A DNA stretch of 61,825 bases, filler included, from Sphacelaria rigidula (Eukaryota), in NCBI GenBank assembly GCA_964200075.2. It is 4 parts of 4 records of this genome, joined end to end, with 100 filler letters (N's around TTAATTAATTAA, not from the genome) between each part and the next. Parts side by side here need not be neighbours in the genome. Positions count along the whole stretch, not along the records: positions 46,446 to 61,825 come from CAXNAA020001775.1; 3 more parts are not named here. The stretch is one strand, 5' to 3'. Made by a program: the position numbers and the translations under genes. The stretch's first letter is position 1; each line of letters begins with the position of its first letter. The notes beneath the pieces were generated by a model, which saw nothing but the letters and a program-made list of their open reading frames with translations, did no database searches and had not been told where the DNA came from. Shown one piece after another: positions 61,658 to 61,825 of this stretch.

Positions 61658-61825
61658 GCCGTAAAGGACAGCACAGCACATCGCAGATGTGTTATGCGGT
61701 GCCCTGACAAAGCCCACGCAATTGTGCATGCAACAACGACACTTTGCGGAAGCTTCATACGAGCTGGGCCAGCTTAAAAGCTGCTAAAAGTTGCTCACAC
61801 AACAGCTTCCCCAGTTTCCCGAATG

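Noticed and set aside
61403..61758. Poly-Ala, poly-Leu and poly-Cys ORFs
   Set aside because: They are translations of a (CAG)n microsatellite in three frames.

Overview
Eukaryotic, intron-rich and transposon-dense DNA, probably from a brown alga or related stramenopile (inferred from (CAGTA)n and (CAG)n tracts, intron style and TE types). The window is not one locus. It is four contigs of nearly equal length (1-15384, 15485-30865, 30966-46345, 46446-61825; 15384/15381/15380/15380 bp) joined by identical 100-bp N44-TTAATTAATTAA-N44 linkers, so nothing across a gap should be read as adjacent. Contig 1 is a retrotransposon nest: a decayed Ty1/copia whose RT is interrupted by an RT-less Ty3/gypsy derivative with near-identical LTRs, which itself carries a TSD-flanked LINE fragment; fold-back elements with nested 4-bp-TSD MITEs follow. 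Contig 2 holds a long orphan terminal exon, a spliced creatininase-family gene, tRNA-derived SINEs, a gypsy RNase H segment folded into a ~350-bp inverted duplication, and a LINE fragment. Contig 3 is almost all MITEs, fold-backs, a satellite and DNA-transposon relics. Contig 4 has the first coding exon of the ribonucleotide reductase large subunit (GC splice donor), an exon-like sequence duplicated into an almost loop-less palindrome, a 365-bp inverted repeat, and the 5' exons of a pyridoxamine-5'-phosphate-oxidase-like gene. No new multi-gene system can be demonstrated. The best lead is the repeated conversion of coding or retroelement sequence into diverged long hairpins (candidate hairpin-RNA/siRNA or proto-miRNA loci). 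Family assignments come from motif recognition by eye, not database searches.
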